Positions 40,501-53,200 of a stretch of DNA of 64,000 bases are shown piece by piece. The position numbers and the translations under genes are program-made. Under the pieces are notes generated by a model. That model had not been told where the DNA came from. It searched no databases and saw only the letters and a program-made list of their open reading frames with translations. Every line of letters begins with the position of its first letter. Positions within the stretch are counted from its first letter, which is position 1. Origin of the DNA: Haplodiscus bocki (Eukaryota); the NCBI GenBank assembly GCA_965655095.1, contig OZ296656.1, forward strand, positions 76,694,001 to 76,758,000, read 5' to 3'.

Positions 40501-42595
40501 CTCTCACCCATTGGCAAATCAGAGTTTTATTATCGTCTCTGAAAGCGCAACAAATTCCTTCCGCCTGATACAAGATATCGCTAGTGATGTCCCAACGTGT
40601 TCTTCGCTTCAACCGAACTGTATTTATGCCACTGTAAGAACCGATACTTTTAAGTAACTGGTATGTATGGCTGGCGAAATTTGCTTTGATGTTTGTTATC
40701 CAGGAAATTGTCGGAGCTACCACACTCAAACGCTCCTCGTGGAGTAGAGCTGGTCGTGTTAAAGAAGGATGGGAAGGAGGGTGATTGTAATGAACGGAGG
40801 ACCCCTTTGAGTGCATGGAGCAAGCATGAAATACCAATGCTTCCGATTTGTCCACTCTCAAGGTTGCTGCAACTAAGAACCGTCGGAGTGATAATGTAGG
40901 TACCAAGAAATCCGATCGCATCCCGCGCAGATGCAAGTGGCTAGAAGCTTGAAAAAATGTAAACTCCGGGTAAAATAGGTTCAGAAAGTGTTTGGCTGAA
41001 ATATATCCTACTTCTTCAATGAAACACCAGCAAACGAAAAGGCACCGGACATTGGGGTAGGGTTCTTCATCTAAAGCAAGTGAAATGCTTTCTTGCTTCA
41101 AACCTTTCAATAATTGTTGAAAACGACGCAATCGAAGGGTTCCATCAACAGCACATTTGCCCTGGATTCTGCTTTTGTTCAGATATTGCTGCACACCAGA
41201 TGGAAAACATCCAATAGATCCCCACCATTGCTGCCTTATTTCCAGAGGCAATATTAACAAAATGTCTATTCTTATTTCTGTGGTTATCTTTATATCACTT
41301 AACAGTGTGAAAAACTCAGAAGGCCATGCTTCATTCCAGTCAATGCGCTCGGAGGTGCAATAACATAAACACAAATTACAAAGATAGACAAGGGATTCTT
41401 GGAATCGATTGCCAAACATTCTGTTCTTCAGTTCTGACTTGTTTTTGCTAACGAGCTTGAATGGAAGATTGAGTGTTGACTTCCGCATGCATTTTTGGCA
41501 GTAGTCAGGATAGTTCGGAACAGAACTTTTGTCATGCGTTTCTCTATTGCTTCTATCAGTGCCTGATACACTGGAAGCAGGATTGTGAAGGCTCATGCAT
41601 TTTGGTGAATGATTTCCGGTCACTTTCTTTCTGCCCTCACTCGAAGAAGTGGACAATGGCGGGTTGTATTTGCAAGTTGCGGTGACAATATTGAGATGCG
41701 ACGACACTTCTGGCATTGCAAAATGTGTTTCAGAAGTGTTAGCATCAGTAGTACTGAGCTTCGTTTTTTTCGTAGGTGGTTCTTCTGTTGTACCCTGAGG
41801 AGCTTTCAATAACTGAGTTTCAGCTCCACCAATCCTCGAAGAGAAATCCAAAGAAGAGCTAACCATTGAAGTTCTAGGCGGACACACAGTTCCATCAATT
41901 CCAATCGATAGGAGTTCATTGAATACTTCAAAGTGATTCGCATTCCTAGTTTGTTGAATGAAAATGCCTCGCCTGTCTGTATTCAAACAACATTCATATA
42001 TCAACCAAGATTTCAAAGGCACATGGTATAAATAAACGTCAACTGAAGAAATTTGACAGAAAGTATAAATTTCTATGCAAGTCCCAAAAACACCAATTTC
42101 GCCCATTTTCGAAACACAGAGGTACTCGTCAACAGAAGCACAAGTCAAAATACGATGCTGGTTGGGAAAATCATCCGAGTGAATTACAGTTTGGAAGCTA
42201 TTGGGAGGGAAATTGACCAAGTTCGTGTTTGTAACAATTACATTTCGTATAATTTCACCACAAGCCTGCATCAGACCGAGAGCAACAGCCAAAGAAGTAA
42301 AAAGGCAATTTCCATCACCAAGAATTGGAGTGACGTTCGCCCGGCGCAAAGAAGAAATGAAGCAATCTTTTGGGATTGTACTTTGCTGAATCAACAGAAA
42401 ATAACTCAACTCCAAATTAGCCAGGGAATGCAAAATGTCTTTTCTTCGGGCAGGTGACACGGATATGGCAGTGTCTGGAATTTTGTATAACACACCTAAA
42501 GGCTCTTCAGCTTGAAGTTCTGTTTGAATATCTTTGACACATTCATGATTCTCACCAGCAATATGCCCACAAGCAATGCAACGTTGACGCTTCAT
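34540..42595 (-). pseudogene. Frameshifted Helitron/Helentron-like RepHel: OTU + Cys-rich domains + HUH Rep + PIF1 helicase + GIY-YIG
   Basis: Successive minus-strand ORF pieces are collinear with the 54888-62063 protein: PTYFVTY, RYEWQ..AGFSNLH, YVAKYAAG, RPPEL, PFGGKLVIATGDFFQLPP, RRIQFPL..TIHKTMGETL, QLYVVMSRV, GYCYLL..YIG..RR..EHN. Several frameshifts and stops; the first His of HUH is lost. Confidence 0.93.
41925..42340 (-). CDS. OTU-like cysteine protease domain at the N-terminus of the decayed RepHel
   Basis: ILGDGNCLFTSLA (catalytic D/C; GDGNC at 42320-42306), central G(T)CIEI and NANHFE (catalytic H, ~41935). Confidence 0.85.
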
Positions 42596-45500
42596 ATTTC
42601 ATATCTTGTAATAAGGTGCCAGTGATAATTTTAGATAATGTCATGACCAACTCCTTCCATAACTATTTGAAAAGAAACGAGTGGTTCAAACTAGTGCAAC
42701 ACATTTTTTAAACATATTATTTTCCTAATACAAAAAACGGGTGAATACCTGACAGGAAAAAAAATTTCAATGAATGCATTCAAACTGCAACTCAACTTCA
42801 GTGAAGGGATTAAATCATCCGAGCAAACATGCCCTAAAACAATTTAGCATCACAAACGAATTGCATGAAACCTTTCAGCCTTGGTTTTGTGAGGGCTACT
42901 GAGCAAAACCAAGGCTTTCAGTGATCTCCTTCAATTCTACTTTACGAGACCGAGTGTTTTATCCAATTACAGACGTTCCCAGAACAACTTGTTCCAGTGG
43001 AAAAAGAGTGGAGACCTAAGAAATGTCGTCGCAAAAACGTATTCAGCAATTAGTTGGAGAAAAGAATCAGCTAAGTTTTTTTTCATATAGAAGTGGACTT
43101 AACAAATGTCCACCACCGTACACGAGTAGAATCTCATTAAATCACACACGAAAAACTGTAACTTAAAAAGAACATTTCCTTGTACAGAAAAACTTTCATT
43201 GCGTAAATCCATTTGATATTATTACTTTTGCAAATATTTTTGACATAATCAATAAGTAAGTGCTTAACGCCTCACCAACGCGAGAAAACTACCTAAGCAG
43301 ATCACATTCCTGAGAAAAATCAACTTTCGCCAAACAAGATAATTTGGAATTTCGTTGGAATTGAGATGCCAGAAATCAGAAGACAATCACAAAAGCAATC
43401 TACAGTCATGTGGTGTTTGCAGCCGTAAAATGCCTCGAAAGGCATTCAAATAACAACTCAACTTCTGCAGAAAGACACAAGACCAGCAATGATGGAACCC
43501 TGATCAAATTCATACATCTGCAAAAAGTCAGAGAACAATCCGCATTTTTGAGCATTGTACAATGCCTATTTGCCTTTTTTATGAAACAGAAAACACTCCT
43601 ATTTTTTTCTTCAGCCTTAGGATAATCTCGAAATTTAAACTGAGCAAAAAGGTTTATTCATCAGTTGTTGTGAGGCAAAACAATGCTCGTGCTATGCAGT
43701 GCAATCATCCAAACAGTTAAGGTGCTCATTCATTTTCCGCAAACTTTCATTTCGGATCATTCCGCTCCTATTCAGGGGTACATTCCATTATTATTGAGGG
43801 AACGCGAACAGAAAAACCAAATGGAAAAACTTGTTTATACAAAACCACAAATTTTGAGGACCTAAGAACAAAATTAACAAACAAAGAAAAGGAGCGAAAC
43901 TTAGCCTTTCGGCATTTAGAAAACACCGCGGACTACAGAAGTTCTTTAATAAAACATATGATAGTGGTTAGGAGAAACTTTTTGATTACCCTAACCAAAC
44001 TGCGCAACACAAATAGTAGTTAGGAAATGCTGACTCGCCGTTTTTTCTGAAAACTGCAACGCGAAAAAAGCATCGTTTAATTAAAATGAAACAGACTCCA
44101 ACAACAAGTAGCAAAACAATTCATTCGTCATCAGTACTCTATCGTCAAAATTAAGTACTCTTACTCCGTTGGGAAGTCGAATCATCAATTGAAAGAACAA
44201 ATTTGCTCTTGCTAGTTGATTGATTATGGCTGATAAATCAGTAATGAAACGCAATTATGTGGCACCAGCCTACAGAAAACTTAAAATTAACGCAATCAAC
44301 AAATATCAGGCAAAGAGATTTGAAAACAAGAAGTTTGGAGAAAAATTCGTTCATCAGTTGCTTTGCTAAAAATCAACGCAGCTTTGTGAATAAACGTTGC
44401 AAAACAATCAAAATAACTTTATAGGACAATTTTGTTTTAGGTGAATTGATCTTTTATCTAAACCAACCCACTGCAAGAATTTGGCAGTGATTAGAAAATT
44501 GGCATTTACTACAGAAAGACAGCAAAGGTAATAGCATTTTACAAATTGGTACATCCTTACCAAAAGTCATACCGTGATATGAAGAAGAGAAAACCAAAAT
44601 TTTGCTTTTACCCCATTTCAATTTTTCGACTTGCTACTAATTTCAGAAATGTTGACAAAATCTTTCTGGAAATTGAAATATCAAGTTAACTCCAAAAAAT
44701 AATCAAAATAAACCAACTCAAACAACCTGGTGTTGTTCTGGAGCCGGAGAATGACAAAATACAGTTTCTTGAGGCACGTTGATTGGATTCAAAATTCATT
44801 CAAAATAATGCACTGGTACTTAGGTGGAATTTGGCCAAATCTATGGAATTATATGAAAGGTACTCAAATTTTTCTGATGACTTATTAACCGTACCTTTTA
44901 CAATTTCAAGAGGATTTCAAACTCGCGAGAACCACCACACAGAAATACTGCAATGTGTATAGTTGACGTGTGGCAAGCATCGAGTTTTTTAAATGACCTT
45001 TGCTGATTCACAATGGAAATTTCGAAATACCAAGAAACTTGTGAAAAGACGTCCGAATCGACGGGACGGCTGGAGAAGTAGATGGTATCAGAAATCCAAT
45101 GAAAAGTAGTTGGAAACGAAACTTCTGACATGGCAGAAATAGAAGCATTGGGTCTGAAACGTAGCGAATACAGGTAGCATGTTACTGCATTACCTGCATT
45201 CATTTTTGTATATTTGATCAATGCGTGTACAGAAACTCCGTCAAGCAAACTGGCCAATAGTTATTCGAATGTCTGACATTGAAAAACTCACTGACGCTGC
45301 AAGGTAGTCATCATGCAGTCGCCTGTTCAATCGAAAACACTTCAGAGCAAAGAAGAAATGTAAGGTTAAAGCTCAGACAAAACGCAATCTGAGAAGATTT
45401 TGGAACACCGTTTTCAACGTTTTTAATCGTGCATGAACAAAGTCCGCTTCTTGTGCCATTGTTGAAAGCAATCAGTTGCGAAATTTGTGACTGCCTGGAA

Positions 45501-47660
45501 AAAGAAGCTATTGTCAAAGAACAACGTCCAGAAGTAAGAACTACCATTAAATGAAATTGAAGCAAGTCTTAAAGGAAGCAATGTCTTTGTAGTGAATCTG
45601 TCTCATCACTGACAGACTATTTGACACTTTTTGGCATTTGGTCCACTGACTGAGTCATTAAAGCGTCAAATCTGTCATGGTCTGTACACCTACATGGTAA
45701 ACAGGGGGGTTTAGGTCCACTCTAATTACAAAACCACTGAAAAACGGAATGAAGCGTAAAGGAGGGAAAAAGTGATAGAAGGAAGCTTCTCCTAGTAGCC
45801 TGTGTTCCTCACAGACAGACTCATAAGCAATTCAAAAAACATCATGAAAAAAATAGCACGACCGAGCGCCTTCCCTGTAGAAGAAATAAAACATCAACAC
45901 TCCAATTCACCTGAAATTGCATTGAAGTCTGACCTTTTAAACAACAACCACAGAAAAAAACTGTGCCTATATAACACGCTAATTTACTAAAAGTTGACTG
46001 AAAATAGTGTAAACATTCTTGAAAACACACGAGACTGTCAACGGCCGAGAGTAAAAGCTTATTTTGAGAAAAATACACTTACTTGAAGGCACTTCACCGT
46101 TGTCGCTTCGTTGTAGAAAAGTTTCAACAACAGTGAGATTGTAGCACTTATTGAATGCATGGCAAAAAAGTAATTCTCAAAGTAAGCAAATTGAAACTTC
46201 GGTATGACACATTTCTCCCTAAAAAACAACGATGACTTCTGCCGGAAAGATTCAACAGTTTATAATGATCAAAGGGCGACGGAAAAGACGTTAAGCATAA
46301 ACAAAAATACATTTGTAGAGAAAACATGCCCAGAATTGGCTATCCAATTGTTGTAAAACTTTGGATCCGATGAAAAATCCCAAATATCCCGCCATCTGGT
46401 AATTTTCGCCGTCGCCTCCACTGGGTGGTCCGGAACGTTTTTCAACCTCTCAGGCCGCCCGGGGAGGGACCCGGTAGCGGCACCCCCTGTGGGAAATCTT
46501 ACTTGTAATTTTTGGGTGGAAAAAAATACGATTTTGGAAATGAGCCTATAGAATTGGCTGAAATTTTGCATGTTTTTAGGTATGAGCAAGCTAATCAACA
46601 TTCCCTACTGGCGTTTTCCCGGATTTTTTCTTAAAGTTGGATTTTTTTGCCATTTTGTGACGTCAATTTCGCCTATTTTCCGTTTTTTGACGGTTTTTGG
46701 CCAAAAAGTCCAACTTCGTCCACACAACTAGTATTGCAAGTGGCTGCATGCGGAAAGTACGTCATTCGGTAGGAACAACCAGCTAAAGAAGACTGCTCTA
46801 CAACAATCTGACGTTGACTTATGATGTTTTGAAAATGGTCAAAAAAGGGTGTCAGAGAGGTGTTTTTCAGGTTTAGGGTCCCGTAACTCGTCACACACTG
46901 GTCGCAGCGGTTTCAAGGCGGTACTACCCCTTGTTGCCCATCCATAGGTCAACAAATGTTTAGCAGGGAAAAAGTCCACAAAACAAAGTGGGAAAAAGTT
47001 ATGACCCCTTTTTTGAAAAAAACCACACTTTTTCGAAATTTTGCTCATAAAATGCAATCTGGCGGCATTTTTTTCGTACAAACGGTATTGGTTCATTCTA
47101 AGTTGCAATAGTTAGCCCATTGGATGTAATTGGCTGGTGTGTTTTTGTGTTTCGAAAATTTTTCAATTTTTCGACATTTTTCAGGCCACGAATTTTGACC
47201 CACCTGACAAGATTTTCATGAGAATCGTTGTGATTTAACTGGCCATAACTTTTTTCTGGGGCACTTTATGGATTGGTACCAGCAGCTATAAAAAGCTCCC
47301 CTGGTAGGCAGCAAGGCGTATGTGAAGTTTCAAGTCTTTAGAAGCAGTTTTTCAGAAAGTCTGTGCTCTCAATTTTCAAAACTTCACTACCATTGAAAGT
47401 GGTTTTCAAAAATTTCAGATTTTTTCTATTTTGACAACATTTTATCTTCAGGTGTGGTTCAAATGAAGTTTCAGGACTTCCAAAGCAACGTCTACAGTAG
47501 TAGAAATTAAGCTCCTCAGAGTGACGCCGTTCCCATTCGTCCGCAGGGCAATGGGATCGGCGAACTCTTTCAAAACAAAAAGGTCAAAACTGAAATCTAC
47601 ACTCCGTTCCGGTAACCAGGTGGCCTATCGCCTGTAGCTGACGCAAACAATAGGCGGCCA

Positions 47661-47759
47661 GACTGATAAACAACGCTCCACGTGTCGTCGCACTCAGCCG
47701 GAACGAAGCGTGGCGAAGTGGAGGCAGTGCGACGACACGTGGAGTGTTGTTTATCAGTC
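47661..47759. repeat. 34-bp inverted repeat with 31-nt loop (one per unit; also 49095-49193, 50531-50629, 51967-52065)
   Basis: gactgataaacaac(a/g)ctccacgtgtcgtcgcact - cagccggaacgaagcgtggcgaagtggaggc - agtgcgacgacacgtggagtgttgtttatcagtc. Perfect in units 2 and 3; one G:T in units 1 and 4. Confidence 0.97.
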
Positions 47760-48958
47760 GGTTGTCAGTATTGTGTCAAAATATCTTGTATTTAACATAA
47801 AAAAGGTTTAAACACTCCTAACAACGGCCCTATTTTGACCTTAGCCTCCAGCGCTAGGTGGTCCGGAACGTTTTTCAACCTCTCAGGCCGCCCGGGGAGG
47901 GACCCGGTAGCGGCACCCCCTGTGGGAAATCTTACTTGTAATTTTTGGGTGGAAAAAAATACGATTTTGGAAATGAGCCTATAGAATTGGCTGAAATTTT
48001 GCATGTTTTTAGGTATGAGCAAGCTAATCAACATTCCCTACTGGCGTTTTCCCGGATTTTTTCTTAAAGTTGGATTTTTTTGCCATTTTGTGACGTCAAT
48101 TTCGCCTATTTTCCGTTTTTTGACGGTTTTTGGCCAAAAAGTCCAACTTCGTCCACACAACTAGTATTGCAAGTGGCTGCATGCGGAAAGTACGTCACTC
48201 GGTAGGAACAACCAGCTAAATAAGACTGCTCTACAACAATCTGACGTTGACTTATGATGTTTTGAAAATGGTCAAAAAAGGGTGTCAGAGAGGTGTTTTT
48301 CAGGTTTAGGGTCCCGTAACTCGTCACACACTGGTCGCAACGGTTTCAAGGCGGTACTACCCCTTGTTGCCCATCCATAGGTCAACAAATGTTTAGCAGG
48401 GAAAAAGTCCACAAAACAAAGTGGGAAAAAGTTATGACCCCTTTTTTGAAAAAAACCACACTTTTTCGAAATTTTGCTCATAAAATGCAATCTGGCGGCA
48501 TTTTTTTCGTACAAACGGTATTGGTTCGTTCTGTATTGCAATAGTTAGCCCATTGGATGTAATTGGCTGGTGTGTTTTTGTTTTTCGAAAAATTTTCATT
48601 TTTTCGACATTTTTCAGGCCACGAATTTTGACCCACCTGACAAGATTTTCATGAGAATCGTTGTGATTTAACTGGCCATAACTTTTTTCTGGGGCACTTT
48701 ATGGATTGGTACCAGCAGCTATAAATAGTTCTCCTAGTAGGCGGGAAGGCGTATGTGAAGTTTCAAGTCTTTAGAAGCAGTTTGTCAGAAAGACTATGCT
48801 CTCAATTTTCAAAACTTCACTACCATTGAAATTGGTTTTCAAAAATTTCAGATTTTTTTCTATTTTGACAACTTTTTATCTTCACGGGTGGTTCAAATGA
48901 AGCTGCAGGACTTCCAAAGCAACGCCTAGAACAGTAGAAATGAAGCCCCTCAGAGGGA

Positions 48959-48996
48959 CGCCGTTCCCATTCGTCCGCAGGGCAATGGGAACGGCG
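48959..48996. repeat. 13-bp hairpin capped by cc-GCA-gg (one per unit; also 47525-47562, 28003-28040)
   Basis: cgccgttcccatt-cgtccgcagggc-aatgggaacggcg. Confidence 0.9.
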
Positions 48997-51900
48997 AACT
49001 CTTTCAAAACAAAAAGGTCAAAATTGAAATCTTCACTCCGTTCCGGTACCCAGGTGGCCTTTCGCCAATCGCTCAAGCAAACCATTTGCTGCCAGACTGA
49101 TAAACAACACTCCACGTGTCGTCGCACTCAGCCGGAACGAAGCGTGGCGAAGTGGAGGCAGTGCGACGACACGTGGAGTGTTGTTTATCAGTCGGGTGTC
49201 AGTTTTGTAACAAAAATATCATTTAAATTATTATAGCAAAAGTTAAAATACTCTCAGACAACGGCCCTATTTTGACCTTAGCCTCCAGCGCTAGGTGGTC
49301 CGGAACTTTTTTCAACTTTTTCTGCCGCGCGGGGAGGGACCCGGTAGCGGCTTCCCTTATGGAAAACTTACTTTGGAAAAAACGCTGGAAAAAAATGCGA
49401 TTTTGGAAACGAGCCTATAGAATTGGCTGAAAATTTGCATGTTTTTAGGTATGAGCAAGCTAATCAACAATCCCTAGTGGCGTTTTGCCCAATTTTTTCT
49501 TAAAGTTGGATTTTTTGGCCATTTTGTGACGTCAAATTCGCCTATTTTCCATTTTTTGACGGTTTTTGGCCAAAAAGTCCAACTTCGTCCACACAACTAG
49601 GATTGCAAGTGGCTGCATGCGGAAAGTAAGTCAATCGGCGGGAACAACGAGCTAAAGAACGTTGCTCTACGACAACTTGACGTTGACTTATGATAATTTG
49701 AAAATGGTCAAAAATGGGTGTCAGAGAGGTGTTTTTCAGGTTTAGGTTCCCGTAACTCGTCACACACTGGTCGGAGCGGTTTCAAGGTGGTACTACCCCT
49801 TGTTGCCCATCCATAGGTCAACAAATGCTTAGCAGGAAAAAAGTCCCTAAAACAAAGTGGGAAGAAGTTATGACCACTTTTTTGGAAAAAACCACACTTT
49901 TTCGAAATTTTGGTCATAAAATGCAATCCGGCGGCATTTTTTTCGTACAAAAGATATTTGTTCATTCTGTATTGCAATAGTTAGCCCTTACAATGTAATT
50001 ACCTGGTGTGTTTTTGTTTTTCCAAAACTTTTCATTTTTTTGACATTTTTTGGGGCACGAAATTTGACCTACCTGACAACATTTTCATCAGAATCCTTGT
50101 GTTTCAACTGGCCATAACTTTTTTCTGGGGCACTTTACGGAATGTTACCAGCAGCCATAAATAGTTCCCCTGGTGCGCATCAACGAGTATGTGAAGTTTC
50201 AAGTCATTAGAAATAGTTTGTCAGGAAGAGGACGCGCTCAATTTTCAAAACTTCACCACCATTGAAAATGGTTTTCAAAAAATTCAGACTTTTCCATTTT
50301 TGACATTTTTTTTATCTTTACGGGTGGTTGAAATGAAGTTGCAGGACCTCCAAGACAACATCTAGAGTGCTTGAAAGGGAGTCACTCAGAGTGACGCCGT
50401 TCCCCTTCGTCCGCAGGGCAATGGGAACGGCGAACTCTTTCAAAACAAAAAGGTCAAAATTGAAAACATCACTCCGTTCCGGTAACGAGGTGGCCTATCG
50501 CCAGTAGCTCATGCAAACCATTGGCTGCCAGACTGATAAACAACACTCCACGTGTCGTCGCACTCAGCCGGAACGAAGCGTGGCGAAGTGGAGGCAGTGC
50601 GACGACACGTGGAGTGTTGTTTATCAGTCGGGTGTCAGTATTCTAACCAGAATATCAATGAAATTAACATAGAAGAAGCAAAAATACATCGTGACAACGG
50701 CCCTATTTTGACCTTAGCCTCCAGCGCTAGGTGGTCCGGAACGTTTTTCAACCTCTCAGGCCGCCCGGGGAGGGACCCGGTAGCGGCACCCCCTGTGGGA
50801 AATCTTACTTGTAATTTTTGGGTGGAAAAAAATACGATTTTGGAAATGAGCCTATAGAATTGGCTGAAATTTTGCATATTTTTAGGTATGAGCAAGCTAA
50901 TCAACATTCCCTACTGGCGTTTTCCCGGATTTTTTCTTAAAGTTGGATTTTTTTGCCATTTTGTGACGTCAATTTCGCCTATTTTCCGTTTTTTGACGGT
51001 TTTTGGCCAAAAAGTCCAACTTCGTCCACACAACTAGTATTGCAAGTGGCTGCATGCGGAAAGTACGTCATTCGGTAGGAACAACCAGCTAAAGAAGACT
51101 GCTCTACAACAATCTGACGTTGACTTATGATGTTTTGAAAATGGTCAAAAAAGGGTGTCAGAGAGGTGTTTTTCAGGTTTAGGGTCCCGTAACTCGTCAC
51201 ACACTGGTCGCAGCGGTTTCAAGGCGGTACTACCCCTTGTTGCCCATCCATAGGTCAACAAATGTTTAGCAGGGAAAAAGTCCACAAAACAAAGTGGGAA
51301 AAAGTTATGACCCCTTTTTTGAAAAAAACCACACTTTTTCGAAATTTTGCTCATAAAATGCAATCTGGCGGCATTTTTTTCGTACAAATGGTATTGGTTC
51401 ATTCTGTGTTGCAATAGTTAGCCCATTGGATGTAATTGGCTGGTGTGTTTTTGTGTTTCGAAAATTTTTCAATTTTTCGACATTTTTCAGGCCACGAATT
51501 TTGACCCACCTGACAAGATTTTCATGAGAATCGTTGTGATTTAACTGGCCATAACTTTTTTCTGGGGCACTTTATGGATTGGTACCAGCAGCTATAAAAA
51601 GCTCCCCTGGTAGGCGGCAACGCGTATGTGAAGTTTCAAGTCTTTAGAAGCAGTTTGTCAGAAAGTCTATGCTCTCAATTTTCAAAACTTCACTACCATT
51701 GAAATTGTTTTTCAAAAATTTCAGATTTTTTCTATTTTGACAACTTTTTATCTTCACGGGTGGCTCAAATGAAGTTGCATGACTTCCAAAGCAACGTCTA
51801 GAGTAGTAGAAGTTAAGCCCCTCAGAGTGACGCCGTTCCCATTCGTCCGCAGGGCAATGGGATCGGCGAACTCTTTCAAAACAAAAAGGTCAAAACTGAA

Positions 51901-52165
51901 ATCTACACTCCGTTCCGGTAACCAGGTGGCCTATCGCCTGTAGCTGACGCAAACAATAGGCGGCCAGACTGATAAACAACGCTCCACGTGTCGTCGCACT
52001 CAGCCGGAACGAAGCGTGGCGAAGTGGAGGCAGTGCGACGACACGTGGAGTGTTGTTTATCAGTCGGGTGTCAGTTTTGTAACAAAAATATCATTTAAAT
52101 TATTATAGCAAAAGTTAAAATACTACCAGACAACGGCCCTATTTTGACCTTAGCCTCCAGCGCTA

Positions 52166-53200
52166 GGTGGTCCGGGCCTCCCCCAACCTCATCCGGCCGC
52201 CTGGGGAGGGTCCCAGAGCCGGCCCCCTCTTTCTGAATTTTGATAGGTGATTTTTTGAGGATATAATTGCGATTTTGGAAACTAACCCTACGATTTTTCT
52301 AATTTTTTGCATACGGCTAGGTATGACAGATCTAAGAACTAATCCCTACTGGCGTTTTCCCGAATTTTTGACTGATGTTGATTTTTTGGCATTTTTTTGG
52401 TGCAAAAATGACGTTTTTTCGAAAAATTGGCAGTTTTTCGTCCCAAAGTCCATTTTCTTCCACACAACTAGATTAGCAAGTGCGGGCATGCAGAAAGTAC
52501 GTCAACTGGTGAGAAGAATAAGCACTAGAACGTTGGTCTACGACAAGTTGACGTGGACTTATGATAATTTGAATGTGTGCAAAAAACGTGCGAGAAGAGA
52601 CATTTCCAAATATAACGTCACATAACTCGATAACGATCATGTTTCGCGGTCCAGCATAAGAGTGCTTTTTTGTTGCCAGTCTATAGCGGAACAAATGTTG
52701 TGGAGAAAAAGTTCCTGAGAAAATTCTATGAAAAAAGTTATAACCGTTTTTTTGGGCGAAAAATCGATTTTTTCGAAATTTTTTGCAAAATAGTCGAAGT
52801 GATTGCATTTTTTCGCAAACACAGATATGGAGACCACCATAATCGCATTAGGCAGCCCAAGGGCGGCACTACACCAGGGTTAGACAGTTTTTTCAAAATT
52901 ATTTTCAAGACTTTGATTTTTTCGGCCGTCAATTTTGTCTCGAGAGAGAAAAAACAAAAAAGACAATTTCGTCCAAAACACACCATAACTTCTTTCAGAG
53001 ACTTTTTAGAGGAGTAGATAACCCTTACAAAAGTCCATGACACATACATTTCACGTCCCATGCATTTTTTGAGTTTTTGTTAACCAATGCAAAGAAAGTT
53101 GATTGACATGAAATTTTGATAATTTCTATCTTCGAACTTTCACTTGTTTCGTCTACAGAAATTAATGACAGAGCTCATACAAGTTTCAGTGATTTTTTCC
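52166..53200. repeat. Strongly diverged fifth unit of the 1435-bp array
   Basis: Collinear blocks: gattttggaaa, atccctactggcgttttccc, ccacacaactag, gcatgc.gaaagtacgtca, acaaatg, aaaaagttat, ccataactt. Neither large hairpin is present. Confidence 0.8.

Larger units (their letters stand above)
46424..52165. repeat. Tandem array of four ~1435-bp units rich in hairpins
   Basis: ggtggtccgg starts at 46424, 47857, 49294, 50730 and 52166 (periods 1433/1437/1436/1436). Unit 3 is visibly more diverged than units 1, 2 and 4. Confidence 0.98.

Noticed and set aside
44898-45565. Accessory gene upstream of the decayed RepHel
   Set aside because: Short broken ORFs with no SGNH or other recognisable motif; cannot be supported by eye.
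47525-47760. Hammerhead or HDV-like ribozyme in the array units
   Set aside because: The core reads CUGAUAA/CGAAG rather than CUGANGA/GAAA, and I could not build the HDV double pseudoknot.
47845-47865. CTCF site at the unit boundary (gcgctaggtggtcc)
   Set aside because: Only a partial resemblance to the consensus and the host taxon is unknown.
46424-52165. CRISPR-like or integron-like array (conserved palindrome + variable block)
   Set aside because: Units are 1.4 kb long, the variable blocks are homologous to each other rather than unique spacers, there is no cas or integrase gene, and the context is eukaryotic.
46269-53061. Short ORFs in the 1435-bp array
   Set aside because: F/K-rich translations of A/T runs, with no domain signatures and variable ends.
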